Assembly (NCBI GenBank): GCA_963662285.2
Contig: CAXXMV010000006.1
Coordinates: 288,001-352,000 of the forward strand
From: a bacterium
GTDB taxonomy: Bacteria; Hinthialibacterota; Hinthialibacteria; Hinthialibacterales; Hinthialibacteraceae
Length of the DNA: 64,000 nt
Reading direction: 5' to 3'
Made by a program: the position numbers and the translations under genes. Shown here piece after piece: positions 38,570 through 49,416 of this stretch (position 1 is its first letter; every line of letters starts with the position of its first letter). The notes under the pieces are model-generated. The model was not told where the DNA came from and ran no database searches. It saw only the letters and a program-made list of their open reading frames with translations.

Positions 38570-38809
38570 ATGAAATCAACCATTATGGTTACTGTAGGCG
38601 GCGGCGTTGTGCAAGGCATTTGGGTATCAAAAGACATTCTTGATACGGTGCAGGTGATTGTGAAAGATTATGATTGTCAGCAGGATGAAGATCAACCAAA
38701 TATGATGAAAGATGAAAACGGGGATATCTGTGAGATGCAGAAATGGGATCAAAACGATTTCATCATCTTAACAGATATTCAGGAAGGATTACTGAAAAAT
38801 GTGACATAG
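38570..38809 (+). CDS. Hypothetical protein
   Basis: AAGGAG RBS before ATG 38570; MKSTIMVTVGGGVVQ...KDYD. Confidence 0.65.
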   Translation: MKSTIMVTVGGGVVQGIWVSKDILDTVQVIVKDYDCQQDEDQPNMMKDENGDICEMQKWDQNDFIILTDIQEGLLKNVT

Positions 38810-38836
38810 ACCAATTCAAAAGAAGGGAGGATAACA

Positions 38837-40720
38837 TTGTCTATGCTTGAATTGAACGATCAACAAAAACAAGCGGCTGAGTTCTATCAGGGAACAGCGA
38901 TGGTGATAGCAGTGCCGGGCAGTGGCAAGACGCTCACCATGACGCATCGTATTGGCAATCTGGTTGAAAAATACAACGTGCCTCCCGAACAGATATTGGG
39001 GATGACGTTTACCCGTAACGCAGCCAACGCCATGCGCGAACGCCTCAAGCCACTGTTGAATAAAAAGGCCAAGCGCGTTCTATTGACTACGATTCACAGT
39101 TTCTGCTTCTACCTGTTGAAGCGGGAAGGCTATTCATTCGAATTACTGACTGGCCATGACCAAGCATCGTTACTCAAAAGCATTATCAACGATCTTAAAT
39201 TGAAGAATCTGACCGTGGGTATGGTACTACGGGAAATCAGTCTTTCCAAAAACAACCTGATACTATTGGACGAGTTTCGAGATTTACATGACGGCGATTC
39301 AACCATGCTTCAGGTGGCTCAGGTTTATGATCAGTACGAACAGCGCAAATCGAAGAAAATGTTGTATGATTTCGATGATTTACTGCTCAACGTCCAGGCG
39401 ATACTGAATAACGAACCAGTTATAAGAGACAAGTACCAAGAGATTTACCGGCATATCCTGGTGGATGAATTTCAAGATACCAATCCGGCGCAAATGGAAG
39501 TATTGAAATTGTTGCTGGCAGACTCGACCGAAGAATCCAGTTGTTGGGTATGCGGCGATGATTGGCAAAGTATTTACGCATTCAACGGAGCCAGCGTAAG
39601 CAATATCCTCAACTTCAGAGATATATACCCGCAGACGGAAACATTCATACTGAATATCAACTATCGCTCAACGCCCCAGATCATTGAGGCATGTCAAACT
39701 CTGATTCAGTTCAACACCCGCAAGATCGATAAACAGGTGCAAGCACACAATACTGATGGTGATGTGGTTATCACCTTGGATTGTTCCAGTGAGGAAGATG
39801 AAGCCTTGCAGATCGTCAATGAGATAAGGGATTTGGTCGGTCGGAAAGGATATCAGTATTCAGATATGGCAGTTTTGTATCGGGCGAACTATCTCAGCCG
39901 TACCATTGAAGAGATATTCTCGCAATACAAGATTCCATACGCAATCGAAAACGGGATGAATTTCTATCAGCGCCGTGAAGTGAAATGGTTGTTGGATTAT
40001 ATGAGAGTGATAAGCGCCCCGGATTCATGTGAAGCAGACGAGGCGTTGCGCTGTATCATCAATATCCCCAATCGCTACATCGGCAAGAAATTCGTGCAGG
40101 AATTAGAGCAATACGCATCTGAACAAGGTATTCATTGGTATGAAGCGTTGAAGGCCATAACCATCGACGCACCATATCTACGGCGTAATGTCCGGGAGTT
40201 GGTTCGCTTGCTTGATCCGCTTGTAACTGAATCAGAATTCATTGAACCATCAGAACTGATTCAAATTCTGCGTGACGTGTTGGATTATGACCGCTTTGTG
40301 GCTGATGATGAGATTCCCAGCCCGGATGACGCCAAGATCGACAACCTCAATCAGTTGAAATTATCCGCCGCCAAGTTCGATGATGTAAAGAGTTTTCTGC
40401 AATATACAGAGACTTTTCAGGATAAAACGGTTGGCTCAGATCAAGAGGGCGTTCAATTGATGAGCATCCACAAAAGTAAAGGCATGGAATTTCCAGTAGT
40501 ATTCGTCATTGGCTTAATCCAGGGAATCCTACCATCCCATAGAGATGGCGATATCGAAGAAGAACGTCGTATCTGCTTTGTCGGTATCTCCCGCGCCATG
40601 CAACTATTGTATCTCAGCACCTGCCAGATTCATCTTGGTCAACCCGCCGTCAAGTCTGTATTCATGGATGAGATCGTTGGAAAGCAAGCCAACTGCCATA
40701 CCTCTTCCCGGCAAGATTAG
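38837..40720 (+). CDS. UvrD/PcrA-family SF1 helicase
   Basis: AVPGSGKT, VDEFQDTN, GDDWQSIY, NYRST, SIHKSKGMEF, EERR...SRA. Confidence 0.95.
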   Translation: MSMLELNDQQKQAAEFYQGTAMVIAVPGSGKTLTMTHRIGNLVEKYNVPPEQILGMTFTRNAANAMRERLKPLLNKKAKRVLLTTIHSFCFYLLKREGYSFELLTGHDQASLLKSIINDLKLKNLTVGMVLREISLSKNNLILLDEFRDLHDGDSTMLQVAQVYDQYEQRKSKKMLYDFDDLLLNVQAILNNEPVIRDKYQEIYRHILVDEFQDTNPAQMEVLKLLLADSTEESSCWVCGDDWQSIYAFNGASVSNILNFRDIYPQTETFILNINYRSTPQIIEACQTLIQFNTRKIDKQVQAHNTDGDVVITLDCSSEEDEALQIVNEIRDLVGRKGYQYSDMAVLYRANYLSRTIEEIFSQYKIPYAIENGMNFYQRREVKWLLDYMRVISAPDSCEADEALRCIINIPNRYIGKKFVQELEQYASEQGIHWYEALKAITIDAPYLRRNVRELVRLLDPLVTESEFIEPSELIQILRDVLDYDRFVADDEIPSPDDAKIDNLNQLKLSAAKFDDVKSFLQYTETFQDKTVGSDQEGVQLMSIHKSKGMEFPVVFVIGLIQGILPSHRDGDIEEERRICFVGISRAMQLLYLSTCQIHLGQPAVKSVFMDEIVGKQANCHTSSRQD

Positions 40721-40774
40721 AGTGAAGAATTACAACCAAAACCAAATACAACTTCAAAATCATAGGAGAACAAT

Positions 40775-41704
40775 ATGTCTCAAGTAACCACATTAGGAGA
40801 AGTGCGTGCGCAAGTCGAACAGAAATCCCGGAACCATTGGGATGATTATATTCCAGTGAAGGATATTCAATTCGTTGGATTGCAGAAGAATATGATCCAA
40901 GGTGATGAGCATTTAATGAGACCAGCGGCGCAACGGGCGATCTGTAACCGTCTGGGGATTCCAATTCAGTATTTACAGAAATGCGAGCCGTTATTGCAAG
41001 CGGTTAACCTGAATGAATGGCTGCCCAAAGAACGCAATGATAATCTGTTCGTGCGATTCGACGGCAATGATATCAGAGCGATATTCACGCCGCGCTACAA
41101 ACCAATTGATAATCTGCAAGTACTGGATCGCTTATACGAACAGGGATATGGCGATGATAACAAAATTCAATGCTCGTTAGATGATGAGTTCTTCATGCTC
41201 AATATCCCCGACAAAGAAAAATCCTTCCAAGTAAGGCATGGCGACCGAATGGAACCGGGGATCAGTATCGGCAACAGCGAAGTAGGTATGTCATCGTTAA
41301 CCATTGCAGCATTCGTTCTCAGGCTTATATGCACCAACGGTTTGATCTCCACAACTAGCGTTGAATCTTCATACCGGCATGTCTCGCATCGCATTCTGGA
41401 CGAGTTCCCGCAAGTGCTCAATCAGGTAAGCATGGATCTTAACAAACAGCGTAACCAATGGGAGATTTCAGCCGAAAGCCATGTCGATAATCCAGAAGGC
41501 ACGCTTCGCTCATTCAATAGACAATACAATCTGGATAAGCAAGAAACCGACGCAGTTGATTGGGCATGGAGTCAAGAATCAGGCGAAACGATGTTTGATA
41601 TCGTGAACACCTATACCAAAGCCGCGCAGCATCCCCAGTTACCAGCCGAGAGCGAATATCAGTTACAAAAAGTGGGAGGCAATATTCTGGCGATGATAAA
41701 CTGA
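40775..41704 (+). CDS. DUF932-family protein
   Basis: RAIFTPRY..DN, GISIGNSEVG, RLICTNG, typical of phage/ICE DUF932 proteins. Confidence 0.75.
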   Translation: MSQVTTLGEVRAQVEQKSRNHWDDYIPVKDIQFVGLQKNMIQGDEHLMRPAAQRAICNRLGIPIQYLQKCEPLLQAVNLNEWLPKERNDNLFVRFDGNDIRAIFTPRYKPIDNLQVLDRLYEQGYGDDNKIQCSLDDEFFMLNIPDKEKSFQVRHGDRMEPGISIGNSEVGMSSLTIAAFVLRLICTNGLISTTSVESSYRHVSHRILDEFPQVLNQVSMDLNKQRNQWEISAESHVDNPEGTLRSFNRQYNLDKQETDAVDWAWSQESGETMFDIVNTYTKAAQHPQLPAESEYQLQKVGGNILAMIN

Positions 41705-41789
41705 GAATATTTCAAGTATCCCAGGAAACATGACGCAACATAGTCATACCAATCCTAAGAAAACCAAAAGACCAGAAACGAGGTAATAA

Positions 41790-42125
41790 ATGTCGAAAAC
41801 CACTGCCCTAATCGATGAGATACGAAATGATTTGCAACGGTTACAAGCGCTGTCCAATGAAATGAAACAGACATACCGTGAACTAGCCGCCACTCTATTA
41901 AGCGCCCGCGCATTGGTTCCAGAAAATCGTTGGGAAGCATGGGTATCAGCCAACCTGGAATTGGACGTATCAGTAGTAGAGTCGGTGATGGAGCGAGATA
42001 TATCAGCGCTGGGAATCAACTCTCTGATGCTGCCATTAACTTTCGAAGAAGTACAGCAAGCGCCAGAAATTCCCAAACCAAACGGAAGCCGGTTGCATAA
42101 TCGGAAAGCGAAGAAAAAGGTTTGA
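41790..42125 (+). CDS. Hypothetical protein (weak DUF3102-like motif)
   Basis: GAGG RBS; LLSARALVPENRWEAWVSANL. Confidence 0.55.
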   Translation: MSKTTALIDEIRNDLQRLQALSNEMKQTYRELAATLLSARALVPENRWEAWVSANLELDVSVVESVMERDISALGINSLMLPLTFEEVQQAPEIPKPNGSRLHNRKAKKKV

Positions 42126-42314
42126 TGATGATTTGAATTGAGATTTGAATTGAGATTTGATTTGTGATTGACTCCATGAGATTGTGGAGTTTTTTTTGTT
42201 GAATGATGATACCAATGAATATGAAATCCACTTTTTACCGTCAGTTGCGTGTGTTGCGTCAGGTTTTGCTCTACCATCACGGTCATTACGCAAATCACGA
42301 TGATATTACAATCA

Positions 42315-45300
42315 TTATTTCTTTCTCTCAATAGGCAAACATACTGTGAACGTCGTCCCTTTACCTATATCACTATCAACCGAAATCGTTCCCCCGTGTT
42401 GTTCGATGATTCCATACGAGAGCGATAATCCCAATCCCGTACCGGAACCAACCGGTTTCGTCGTAAAGAATGGGTCGAAGACTTTTGAGAGATTCTCCGA
42501 TGGGATGCCCTTGCCGTCGTCACGGATGTTTACGATAACGTTGTTGGCTTCCTGTGATGTGGTGATCCATACGTTGCCTTCGCTTTCTTCGTTCGCTTCG
42601 ATGGCGTTGCCCAACAGGTTAACAAATACTTGGTTAATCTTCCCCGGCGAACAGGTCACAGAGGGTAAACCAGCGTAGTCTTTGTGAATCGTAATCTGAT
42701 CTTTGTATCGACTGTGAAGAAGAGTTAATGATGAATCAATAGCTTCGTGGATATCGAATGCCGAATAGTAGTCTTCATCACAGCGTGAATAAAGTCTTAA
42801 ATCCGCGACGATCCGGGCGATGCGGTCGGACCCGTCTTCGAACGATTGTATGAGTTTATCGCTGTCCTCATTCGCGTATTCCAAGTCTTCTTCCTCGTAA
42901 ACTGAATCAAATTCGTTCCGCACTTTTTCGGGTAAACTCTCTTTTTGAGCCACAACAGTGTCAACTGCTTTTTTATACCCAAACAGGTAATCCTTGAGAG
43001 GTTGGATATTGCTCTTAATGAAATTGACTGGATTATTGATCTCATGGGCGACACCGGCAACGAGTTGACCGAGCGAAGCCATTTTTTCGGATTGGATTAG
43101 TTTGTTTTGAGTTTGTTTGAGTTGTTCATGGCTGATCCTGAGATCCGAGTAACTCGTCTGTAAGCGAAAGTGACGATTAAGTGTTGATCCGGCGAAGAAG
43201 AATATGAGTAAACTACAGACAATGATGATAACAAAGAAAGTAGGCTCCTTATACCAGGGCGATAACACAGTGAAATCCCACATCGCGGGAGTTTCGTCGA
43301 TGTTCCAATTTCTATCCATTGCCCTAACCTCGAAACGGTGAGAGCCTGGAGAAAGCCCCGGAATCGATACCATGATATCCGAAGTAAATGGTGACCATTG
43401 TTCATCATCAACACGATGCGAATAATAAAGGCGGGTAGATTCCGTGTATTTCCACTTGTCCCTTGCTTCATAAACAAATTGAGTTTGTCCATTGGATGTG
43501 AATTCATTTATGTTATGTTCGTTACGAATTTTTGTTTCAGGAGGATCAGGATCGCTCTCAGGATGATATATACTGATATTTGCTGTTGTTGCAACATATA
43601 TATTTCCAAGTTTGTTCTTATGTACATTCCATACTTTGGAGACTGGAAGCCCATCTTTTTTATTAATTGATGACCACGAGCCTTTGTCGTACCGATGTAG
43701 GCCATTGCCTGAGGCAACCCATATTATTCCTTCGTGATCTCTCATCATAAAACGAACCGTATCCAATCCAGAATGAAATAATTTCCATTTCGCACCAGAA
43801 AACTCGTAGATGCCTCCCCTTGCTCCACACCATATACGACCGTCTCCAAGATCGAGAATTGAAAATGCTCCCAGGCCTGTATAACCGGATTCCGGGCCAA
43901 AAATAGTGCATTTGCCTTCACGATATAATATGGGGCCATATTTATCACTGTGGCCTATCCATACATCACCGTTATCTGTTTGAACGACATCTCTAATCCA
44001 AGGCCAATTTGAAAGTAAATTGTGATTAAAAACAGAATGAAAATTGATCCCGTCAAAAATTTCTAAAGCATTAAGACCACTTTTCTTATCGGTCGTGATA
44101 ATGAACATTGATTTTTCATTGCGAGGGAATATTGCACCTAATTTTTTGGTTGGATGTGTAATAGTGTCAGTAATTTTATTCAGGGGATCGAAACAATACA
44201 AATTTTCTCGCATTGTCCCAATATATATTTTATCAAACATAACTATAAGATTTTTGGGGACAAAAGAATCTGTTGGTGTGACCTCTTCTGAAAAAGGAAA
44301 AATATCTATAGAGGAATCTTTATTTAATTTTATTAGATTTTCAGTATTAGCACAATATGTATTTCCTTTAGAGTCACTGTCAATCATAGTGTATCTAGAT
44401 TTGGCTTGGGGTATTTCTATAGGTGATCTCCATGTAGAAGGCGCATAGCGTGCAAGACCTCCTCCTTTTAATGCGAACCATACAGAATCGTTAGTGGATG
44501 TCTCAAAATCTGGAATCCACCCAGAAATTAATTGCTCGCTCTCTTTGACCTCTTTCCTGAAACCATCTTGAATAATGTTAATTACTTTATTATCAGTGAT
44601 AAACCAAAGACGATCATCGCTATCTAACCATCCGTCAGTTGTATTGTTTGGAACATCGAAATCGAGAATTTCCCATTCATTATCTTGCAATCTCAAAAGG
44701 ACGGAATTTTCAGTCCCCTGAAATACGAATATACCAATTATATTACTATTTAATTCATTAAAGGTTAATTTAGAATTCATGTACTTTAGGTCATGTACAT
44801 AGTCTGGAAAAGGATATTCAGTCCATGACCATTTTGGGTCTGTTTTTTCTTTTAATCTTTCAAGTTTCATTACACCATTTTGTGAACAAATCCATAAACT
44901 CTTATCAAGAAAATTAAATTTACAATAATTAAATCCTTTGAGAACAGTATCTGTCGGTCCAACAACCACATTTTCAGATTTGCTTGTTGCATCAAACTCC
45001 ATTACGAAATTATTGTTTAGATAAATCACTTTGTCGTAGTCAAAAGGGAAATAATTCCAACTATAACCAGACCTAGTTGGTGCCCAATCGGTGACAGGGA
45101 AATGAATCCAATTTTTTAACGAATGATCATAACGTACTAATTCTACTTTTTCTTGATTAACTGAAATAGACCAAATTTGACCAAATTCGTTCTGGAAAAT
45201 TTTTGCATGAGGATAGGGATTTGGAATATTTAAGACTGAATATCCATCCAAGATATTCATGTCGGGAACATCACCGTGATTTACAAACACTTTTCCATCA

Positions 45301-45449
45301 GGTGTTACGGTAACTTTTGCACAATTGGTCTCATCAAAACCATCATCAATTCCCCAATATCTCCAAACACCTGGAGTCTGAGGCCAAACATCCCAAACAA
45401 GAGAGAAACAAGCTATAATAAAGAATAAAGAATATCTTAATTTCATCAT
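42315..45449 (-). CDS. Sensor histidine kinase with beta-propeller and Y_Y_Y domains, NtrB-like kinase core
   Basis: Signal peptide, propeller repeats, FEVRAMD, TM, EKMASLGQLVAGVAHEINNP, FTTKPVGSGTGLGL. Confidence 0.92.
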   Translation of the reverse strand: MMKLRYSLFFIIACFSLVWDVWPQTPGVWRYWGIDDGFDETNCAKVTVTPDGKVFVNHGDVPDMNILDGYSVLNIPNPYPHAKIFQNEFGQIWSISVNQEKVELVRYDHSLKNWIHFPVTDWAPTRSGYSWNYFPFDYDKVIYLNNNFVMEFDATSKSENVVVGPTDTVLKGFNYCKFNFLDKSLWICSQNGVMKLERLKEKTDPKWSWTEYPFPDYVHDLKYMNSKLTFNELNSNIIGIFVFQGTENSVLLRLQDNEWEILDFDVPNNTTDGWLDSDDRLWFITDNKVINIIQDGFRKEVKESEQLISGWIPDFETSTNDSVWFALKGGGLARYAPSTWRSPIEIPQAKSRYTMIDSDSKGNTYCANTENLIKLNKDSSIDIFPFSEEVTPTDSFVPKNLIVMFDKIYIGTMRENLYCFDPLNKITDTITHPTKKLGAIFPRNEKSMFIITTDKKSGLNALEIFDGINFHSVFNHNLLSNWPWIRDVVQTDNGDVWIGHSDKYGPILYREGKCTIFGPESGYTGLGAFSILDLGDGRIWCGARGGIYEFSGAKWKLFHSGLDTVRFMMRDHEGIIWVASGNGLHRYDKGSWSSINKKDGLPVSKVWNVHKNKLGNIYVATTANISIYHPESDPDPPETKIRNEHNINEFTSNGQTQFVYEARDKWKYTESTRLYYSHRVDDEQWSPFTSDIMVSIPGLSPGSHRFEVRAMDRNWNIDETPAMWDFTVLSPWYKEPTFFVIIIVCSLLIFFFAGSTLNRHFRLQTSYSDLRISHEQLKQTQNKLIQSEKMASLGQLVAGVAHEINNPVNFIKSNIQPLKDYLFGYKKAVDTVVAQKESLPEKVRNEFDSVYEEEDLEYANEDSDKLIQSFEDGSDRIARIVADLRLYSRCDEDYYSAFDIHEAIDSSLTLLHSRYKDQITIHKDYAGLPSVTCSPGKINQVFVNLLGNAIEANEESEGNVWITTSQEANNVIVNIRDDGKGIPSENLSKVFDPFFTTKPVGSGTGLGLSLSYGIIEQHGGTISVDSDIGKGTTFTVCLPIERKK

Positions 45450-45680
45450 AGTTTATCCTATTGAATGCGGTCGGTTACTTAATTATTCAAATTTCATATT
45501 ATATCATATACTACTATCATTATTCATTTTTTAACTATCAAGATCGTAATAGAAACTGCGATCCCTCTAATTTTTTGGGAAATCACCATTATCTGTGTTT
45601 ATACGGTTTGATGTCTTTGTAATAATGATGTGTTCCTTTGTTGAATGATAATCGTCTAATCAAGAGTATTGACATCTCGA

Positions 45681-46004
45681 TTAATCTGAAGCCACACGAT
45701 CTTTCATGCTTTTTCCCGCCTTGAATTGCACAATATTTCTCGCTGGAATTGCGGCTTTTTCGCCTGTTAGCGGATTACGGCCTACTCTGGCAGGAGTTTT
45801 CTTGACATTGAATATCCCAAAATTTCGAACCTCGATCCTTCCTTCTTTTGCCAATAAATCAATGAAAACATTGAATGTGCAGTCGACAATTAACATCAGA
45901 TGTTTCCTTTGAGTTTTATGTCTGTACTTTGATAGACGCTCAGAGAGAATATCGATGATGTCTTGTTTTGTCATTTTCTTATTCCATTTACGTGTTGCTT
46001 CCAT
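45681..46004 (-). CDS. HU/IHF-family DNA-bending protein
   Basis: MTKQDII, IEVRNFGIF, GRNPLTGE, FKAGK. Confidence 0.92.
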   Translation of the reverse strand: MEATRKWNKKMTKQDIIDILSERLSKYRHKTQRKHLMLIVDCTFNVFIDLLAKEGRIEVRNFGIFNVKKTPARVGRNPLTGEKAAIPARNIVQFKAGKSMKDRVASD

Positions 46005-46006
46005 AT

Positions 46007-46372
46007 TCAGTTTGCCCCTAACATCTCTTCCAAGGCTTGGAATATATCTGTTGGAGAATATGGTTTCAGGATAATCAGGTTCGCACCGTTTTTCATCGCT
46101 TCTTCCCTCGTATTTGGTTGAGAGGAAGCCGTGACCAAACCAATAGGGACATGGGGAAATTTTTCTCTTATACGTGGCATCAATTCAATACCGTTAAGGC
46201 CGGGCAATTGATAATCCAACAAGAATATGTCTGAATGTACTGTATCAATCTGTTCGAGCATTACTTCACCATTCGGGTATGAGATAACTTCATATCCTTT
46301 AAACTCAAGCAAATCCTGAAGATTCTCTCGTAATTCTATTTCGTCATCTACGATTATAATAGTCGTCATCAT
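46007..46372 (-). CDS. Stand-alone response regulator receiver (CheY-like)
   Basis: IVDDE, LLDYQLPGLNG, VTA, LKP; ATG overlaps the upstream kinase stop. Confidence 0.92.
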   Translation of the reverse strand: MMTTIIIVDDEIELRENLQDLLEFKGYEVISYPNGEVMLEQIDTVHSDIFLLDYQLPGLNGIELMPRIREKFPHVPIGLVTASSQPNTREEAMKNGANLIILKPYSPTDIFQALEEMLGAN

Positions 46373-49300
46373 TATTCCTCCTTGATTGGTAAACACAATG
46401 TAAATGTTGTTCCACGGCCTTGTTCGCTCTTCACCGTCAGCGCTCCACCATGCAACTCAACCAGTTCCTTGGCAATCGACAATCCCAGCCCTGAACCTTT
46501 GGCGAATTTCTGCGAAGCCGAAGTCCGGTAGAAGCGCTCCCAGATTTTGGTGCATTCTTCTGGAGTCATACCAATGCCGGAATCCTTCACTGATAGTGAT
46601 ACAGAATTACCTTCACATGATAAACATACATCGACGGTTCCATTATCGGGAGTATATTTGATAGCATTAGATATCAGTTCACCTACTACCCGCTCGATCT
46701 TGCTGCCGTCAATATGCAGGTTTATCTCTTCCCCAAGATTGGCGTTGAGCGTGATTTGTTTTTGTTCTGCGGCGGGGTGATTTTCGTTGATTATGTTCTC
46801 CACCAAAGCCTTGAAGGGGATATCGCTTTTTTCTAGAACAATTCGACCAGTTTCGATGCGGTTAAGATCAAGTACATCGTTAATAAGGTTTGTAAGCCGG
46901 TCTACGGATGTTGTGGCGCGGGTCATTACTTTCTGCTGCTTTTCGTTTAGAGCGCCTGCGATACCCATCAGCAGGTTATCGAGGCTGCCTTTGATGGCGG
47001 TTAACGGCGTGCGTAGATCATGGGAGGCTTGGGAGACGAATTGGGTTTTCATATGATCGAGTTGGATCAGTTGCGCATTGGCTTCCTGAAGTTCTACGTT
47101 GGAATGGTTCAGTGCTTTATTGGCATGGCGTAAATGAAAATGGCGATTGATAGCAAAAAGAGCAAAACAAAGCGTAATAAAGGTGCTTATGGATATGAGT
47201 AAGATAAAGATCGGCTCTTTGTACCAGGGCAGCAGCACATTGAACGGCCATGACACCGGGGCTGATATGTTCCAATTCAAGTCCATGGCCCGTACATGGA
47301 AGATATGCGCACCATGAGTAATATCGGGGAAAGACGCAACAGTTTTTCTATCGAAAACCGACCACGGTTCATCATCAACGCGATAGGAATATTGCAGGTG
47401 TTCCTGCTTGGTGTATTTCCATTTATCGATAGCCGAAAAGATAAACCGCACATCAATATGGGGAGCAAATTCTTTAATATTATCCGCTTCGGAAACAAAC
47501 ACTTTTGGTTTATCCTGATCTGCTTTGGGATTATAAGCATACAGACCATCGGATGTGGAAATATAGATATTATTCTTTGCATCTTCGATTACATTGAAAA
47601 ATACATTTCCTCTGGGCAATCCATATTCATAATTGGCAAAAACCCATGAATTATCTTTGTAATGAAAAACACCACGGCTTCCAACGACCCAAACACTGCC
47701 ATCTTCAGCCTGGTGCATACTACGTATGGGACATGACTCTAGTAATTTTTTAACAATTCGCCATTTTTCGCCATCATATTCAGCGATATATTTCCTTCCG
47801 CCCGCCCAAATTTTGCCGTTATTCAGTTCTAATAGAGAAAATACTCCATTATCTTCATAGCCATCCTTCACGCCAAAAGTATAAGTTACACCATCGCGAT
47901 ATAAGACTGGCCCGGTCGGTTTAGCATCACCAATCCACAAATCTCCATCTTTAGTGTATATAGCATCCCGGATACCAATGGCGGTTGGGAGGTCTTTCTG
48001 ATTGATAAGGTGAATAAGTTTTTGACCATCAAATAATTCAAAAGAGCTATTACCTGATGCATTATCCCTGGATACAACAATGTTATTTGGAGGATGTTGA
48101 TTCCAAAAAGTTGATAATCCTTTTGATGGATGTTGAAACTCCTCAAATTCTTCAATCGCTTTATTGAAAAGGATTAATTTCCCCTTCGCACTACCGATAA
48201 GTATTCGTTTATCTTTAATCTCAACTAAATCTCTGGATACAGCAATACCGGCTGGTAAAGAATATGATTTCAATTGATTATCATTCCAACAATACAAATG
48301 CTCTGATGTTGTATCGGTAAACCAAAGATTGCCATCTGAATCAATACCCACATTCATGGACGTACCGGGGAATATTTTATCATCAAATTCCGGCTTATCC
48401 CAAAGTGGAGGAGAATAATGAGCCAATCCATGCGTTGTGGTTAAAAAGAATGAATCATCTTCAAGTATTTCTATATCGTGGCAACGTGCACCAAGGATAT
48501 CGTTCCCTTCAATTTTGATTGACTGATTGTTTGTTAAAATTGATATTCCACCTGCTCTATCAATACTCCAAAATCGTTTTCGGCGATCCTCAAAACCATA
48601 TTGAATGCTACTATTCGCTTCATGACCAGAAGGTTCGTCAAAAACCTTAAAGGAATTATCTTTGAATGAAATAAAATAAGACCTATTCTCGGACAGAGAA
48701 TGCGTCCATCCGTATACTTCATTCCCATGGAGTTCGAAAATACGAAAAAAACCAACGTATTTAATTGAATCAGGAAAGAGATTTTCTTGATATTTCCATT
48801 GATCATTTTCTTTTTTAATTTTCAAGAGTCCTTTATCGGCTGTCACCCAAATTCCGCCATCAGAGGATTTACAATAGTTGGGGTAAAACATATTGAATGA
48901 GGTTTTATCAACAGAAACTATGTTTGTTTTCGTATCTGTATCTGCGTCGTACTCGAAGAGTTGTTCATAATTGGCAAGAACAAATCTGTTACGTCCTATA
49001 AATGCAAAATTGTAATATGAACCTTGAAAAGTAATAGAATCCATTTCTGGAATTGGCTTTTTTTCCCATTCCCCGGTCTCTGGGATATATTTCATAAACC
49101 CCCGTTTGGGTGATGCATCGCTTTCGTAATAGTAAGCCCAATATTGTCCATAAGCATCTTGTTGAACAATGTTCATTATTGGCGGCAAAATCATGGAATT
49201 AACACTGTAACCATCAATAATGCTAACAGCTCTTGCATCTGCATGGTTGACGATAATATTACCATTCGGGCTTAACTTCACCCGCCTGCCATAAGATTCT

Positions 49301-49416
49301 TCAAAACCATCTATGGTCGACCAATAGCGCCATACGGGCGGACTTTGCGCCCAAGATAAAGAATGAAATGTAACTAGAATGAGAATACTCACAATGAATC
49401 TTCGAGCAATTTTCAT
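46372..49416 (-). CDS. Sensor histidine kinase (beta-propeller + Y_Y_Y + HisKA/HATPase)
   Basis: SHDLRTPL, NAIKY, DSGIG, GSGLGL. Confidence 0.92.
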   Translation of the reverse strand: MKIARRFIVSILILVTFHSLSWAQSPPVWRYWSTIDGFEESYGRRVKLSPNGNIIVNHADARAVSIIDGYSVNSMILPPIMNIVQQDAYGQYWAYYYESDASPKRGFMKYIPETGEWEKKPIPEMDSITFQGSYYNFAFIGRNRFVLANYEQLFEYDADTDTKTNIVSVDKTSFNMFYPNYCKSSDGGIWVTADKGLLKIKKENDQWKYQENLFPDSIKYVGFFRIFELHGNEVYGWTHSLSENRSYFISFKDNSFKVFDEPSGHEANSSIQYGFEDRRKRFWSIDRAGGISILTNNQSIKIEGNDILGARCHDIEILEDDSFFLTTTHGLAHYSPPLWDKPEFDDKIFPGTSMNVGIDSDGNLWFTDTTSEHLYCWNDNQLKSYSLPAGIAVSRDLVEIKDKRILIGSAKGKLILFNKAIEEFEEFQHPSKGLSTFWNQHPPNNIVVSRDNASGNSSFELFDGQKLIHLINQKDLPTAIGIRDAIYTKDGDLWIGDAKPTGPVLYRDGVTYTFGVKDGYEDNGVFSLLELNNGKIWAGGRKYIAEYDGEKWRIVKKLLESCPIRSMHQAEDGSVWVVGSRGVFHYKDNSWVFANYEYGLPRGNVFFNVIEDAKNNIYISTSDGLYAYNPKADQDKPKVFVSEADNIKEFAPHIDVRFIFSAIDKWKYTKQEHLQYSYRVDDEPWSVFDRKTVASFPDITHGAHIFHVRAMDLNWNISAPVSWPFNVLLPWYKEPIFILLISISTFITLCFALFAINRHFHLRHANKALNHSNVELQEANAQLIQLDHMKTQFVSQASHDLRTPLTAIKGSLDNLLMGIAGALNEKQQKVMTRATTSVDRLTNLINDVLDLNRIETGRIVLEKSDIPFKALVENIINENHPAAEQKQITLNANLGEEINLHIDGSKIERVVGELISNAIKYTPDNGTVDVCLSCEGNSVSLSVKDSGIGMTPEECTKIWERFYRTSASQKFAKGSGLGLSIAKELVELHGGALTVKSEQGRGTTFTLCLPIKEE

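Noticed and set aside
42130-42160. Tandem repeat GATTTGAATTGA x2.5
   Set aside because: Short, spacerless, intergenic; no evidence of function
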